DNA of 64,000 nucleotides. Origin: Thermoguttaceae bacterium. GTDB lineage: Bacteria; Planctomycetota; Planctomycetia; Pirellulales; Thermoguttaceae. The stretch covers positions 133,038-197,037 of the forward strand of contig CAXXPV010000007.1 of assembly GCA_963675935.2 (NCBI GenBank), in the 5' to 3' direction. The notes beneath the pieces are model-generated. The model saw nothing but the letters and a program-made list of their open reading frames with translations. It searched no databases and had not been told where the DNA came from. Of the stretch, positions 63,015 to 64,000 are shown in pieces. Positions within the stretch are counted from its first letter, which is position 1. The number at the start of each line of letters is the position of its first letter. The translations under genes and the position numbers were made by a program.

Positions 63015-63593
63015 ATGGCCAATCGCGACAACCACTACGAAGCGGCCTTCGAGCAGTTCCTGCGCGATCGCGGCGTGCCCTATGTCGCCGTCGATGAGGC
63101 CAAGCGAAGCCTGTTGAGCGACGGCGGCTCGCTGAAAAGCCTCGACTTCATCGTCTCCGGCACGGCTTGCGAGAACGACGGAGCCATGCGGCCGACTCGC
63201 TGGCTGATCGACGTGAAGGGCCGGCGATTTCCGTCGGGCGATATCCAAAAACAGTATTGGAAAAATTGGAGCACCCGCGACGACCTGCAAAGTCTGGCCC
63301 AATGGGAAAAGCTATTCGGCTCCGATTTTCGCGGGCTGTTCGTTTTTGCCTACGACGTGCTGGGCGATCGGTCGCCGCTGCCGGTCGAGGAGCTACACGA
63401 GTTTCGTGGCAGCGCGTACGGCTTCATTGCGGTGCCGCTTCTCGACTACGCCGGCCATGCGCGGCCGATCTCTCCGAAATGGGACACCTGGGCGATGCCG
63501 GCCGCCGAGTTCCGCAGATATGCCCGGCCGCTGACGGCACTGCTGGGGCTTCAGCCGCAAACCAACGTGGCAATTGGAAATTCCGCGAGTTGA
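63015..63593 (+). CDS. HYExAFE family protein (PD-(D/E)xK nuclease-like motifs)
   Basis: N-terminus NHYEAAFEQFLR. The pattern LDFIV ... LIDVKGRRF fits D...(D/E)xK. Confidence 0.6.
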   Translation: MANRDNHYEAAFEQFLRDRGVPYVAVDEAKRSLLSDGGSLKSLDFIVSGTACENDGAMRPTRWLIDVKGRRFPSGDIQKQYWKNWSTRDDLQSLAQWEKLFGSDFRGLFVFAYDVLGDRSPLPVEELHEFRGSAYGFIAVPLLDYAGHARPISPKWDTWAMPAAEFRRYARPLTALLGLQPQTNVAIGNSAS

Positions 63594-63611
63594 TGACCAA
63601 CTATCGCGCTA

Positions 63612-64000
63612 TTATCGTACGCGGCAGCGGAACCGAAGAATGCCGCCGTGGCCCGGCTCGAGCGGTTTCAACACTTCGCAACGCACCACGAGCGAATCGC
63701 CCTCGTTCGGCACCGTCGAAAACTTCGCATCGACGCTGCACTGTCCGCTGTCGGGCACGAATTCGAGCCGCGTGCTCAGGCTGTCGAGGATCGTCACGTG
63801 GTTGATCGTCTCGTTGCCGGTGTTGTCGAAGCGGATCGTGAAGTCCACCGTATCGCCCGGCTCGGCGAACGGAGTCGAAGCCACCTTGTAGATCAGCAGC
63901 TTTGGGCAGCCCGGCGGCGAATCGACCGTATAGGTCAGTTGAGTCTTGTCGAACTTCACCACCGACGCGGCTACCTTGGAATCGAGAACAACCTGCACGG
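63612..64000 (-). CDS. DUF11 (conserved repeat) domain protein, C-terminal part; gene continues beyond the window
   Basis: GDTVDFTIRFDNTGNETINHVTILDSLSTRLEFVPDS is a typical DUF11 repeat. The ORF is open to the window edge. Confidence 0.6.
   Translation of the reverse strand, partial: VQVVLDSKVAASVVKFDKTQLTYTVDSPPGCPKLLIYKVASTPFAEPGDTVDFTIRFDNTGNETINHVTILDSLSTRLEFVPDSGQCSVDAKFSTVPNEGDSLVVRCEVLKPLEPGHGGILRFRCRVR

Overview
GC-rich chromosomal window that looks planctomycetal. Evidence: a DUF1559 prepilin-type protein, TIGR03067-like domains, Minf_1886-like and HYExAFE-like proteins, and many REP-like palindromes. No rRNA, tRNA, CRISPR array or transposase was recognised. Layout: (1) 0.3-9 kb housekeeping genes: rpe, a histidine-phosphatase paralog, accD, a stand-alone Ser/Thr kinase, a short MnmE-like GTPase, a transglutaminase-like protein, an RNase HII-like protein, SixA-like and an aldo/keto reductase. 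(2) 8-44 kb, a visibly more AT-rich surface-glycan region. It holds nucleotide-sugar epimerase and dehydrogenases, an LbH acetyltransferase, Wzx-like flippase, Wzy/O-antigen-ligase-like protein and a TupA-like ATP-grasp. It also holds five glycosyltransferases, the FnlA/B/C (CapE/F/G) L-FucNAc set, a small phosphoglycosyl transferase and two DegT-type proteins. GNAT and FemAB-like proteins and an ACP / AMP-ligase / LuxE-like / LuxC-like acyl module complete it. The operon is interrupted by a frameshifted GxxExxY gene bracketed by about 190-bp hairpin repeats and by two toxin-antitoxin pairs. (3) 44-51 kb: hisF, pilT, a membrane-anchored PilB/GspE paralog with degenerate ATPase motifs, a CvpA-like protein, a PSP1 protein and a Minf_1886-like protein. 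(4) 51.4-59.1 kb: an ECF sigma factor followed by a 2,258-aa fusion protein. It combines a zf-HC2 anti-sigma motif, a Ser/Thr kinase, a TM helix, a coiled coil, an HlyD-like domain, four TIGR03067-like domains and an NTF2-like domain. Three palindromic repeat elements sit in frame in its coding sequence. This is my top candidate for an undescribed system. (5) 59.6-64 kb: a YkgJ-type Cys-cluster protein, hisS, an XRE regulator, a zinc-ribbon membrane protein, an HYExAFE (PD-(D/E)xK-like) protein and a partial DUF11 protein. All calls rest on motif recognition by eye; no database search was run.
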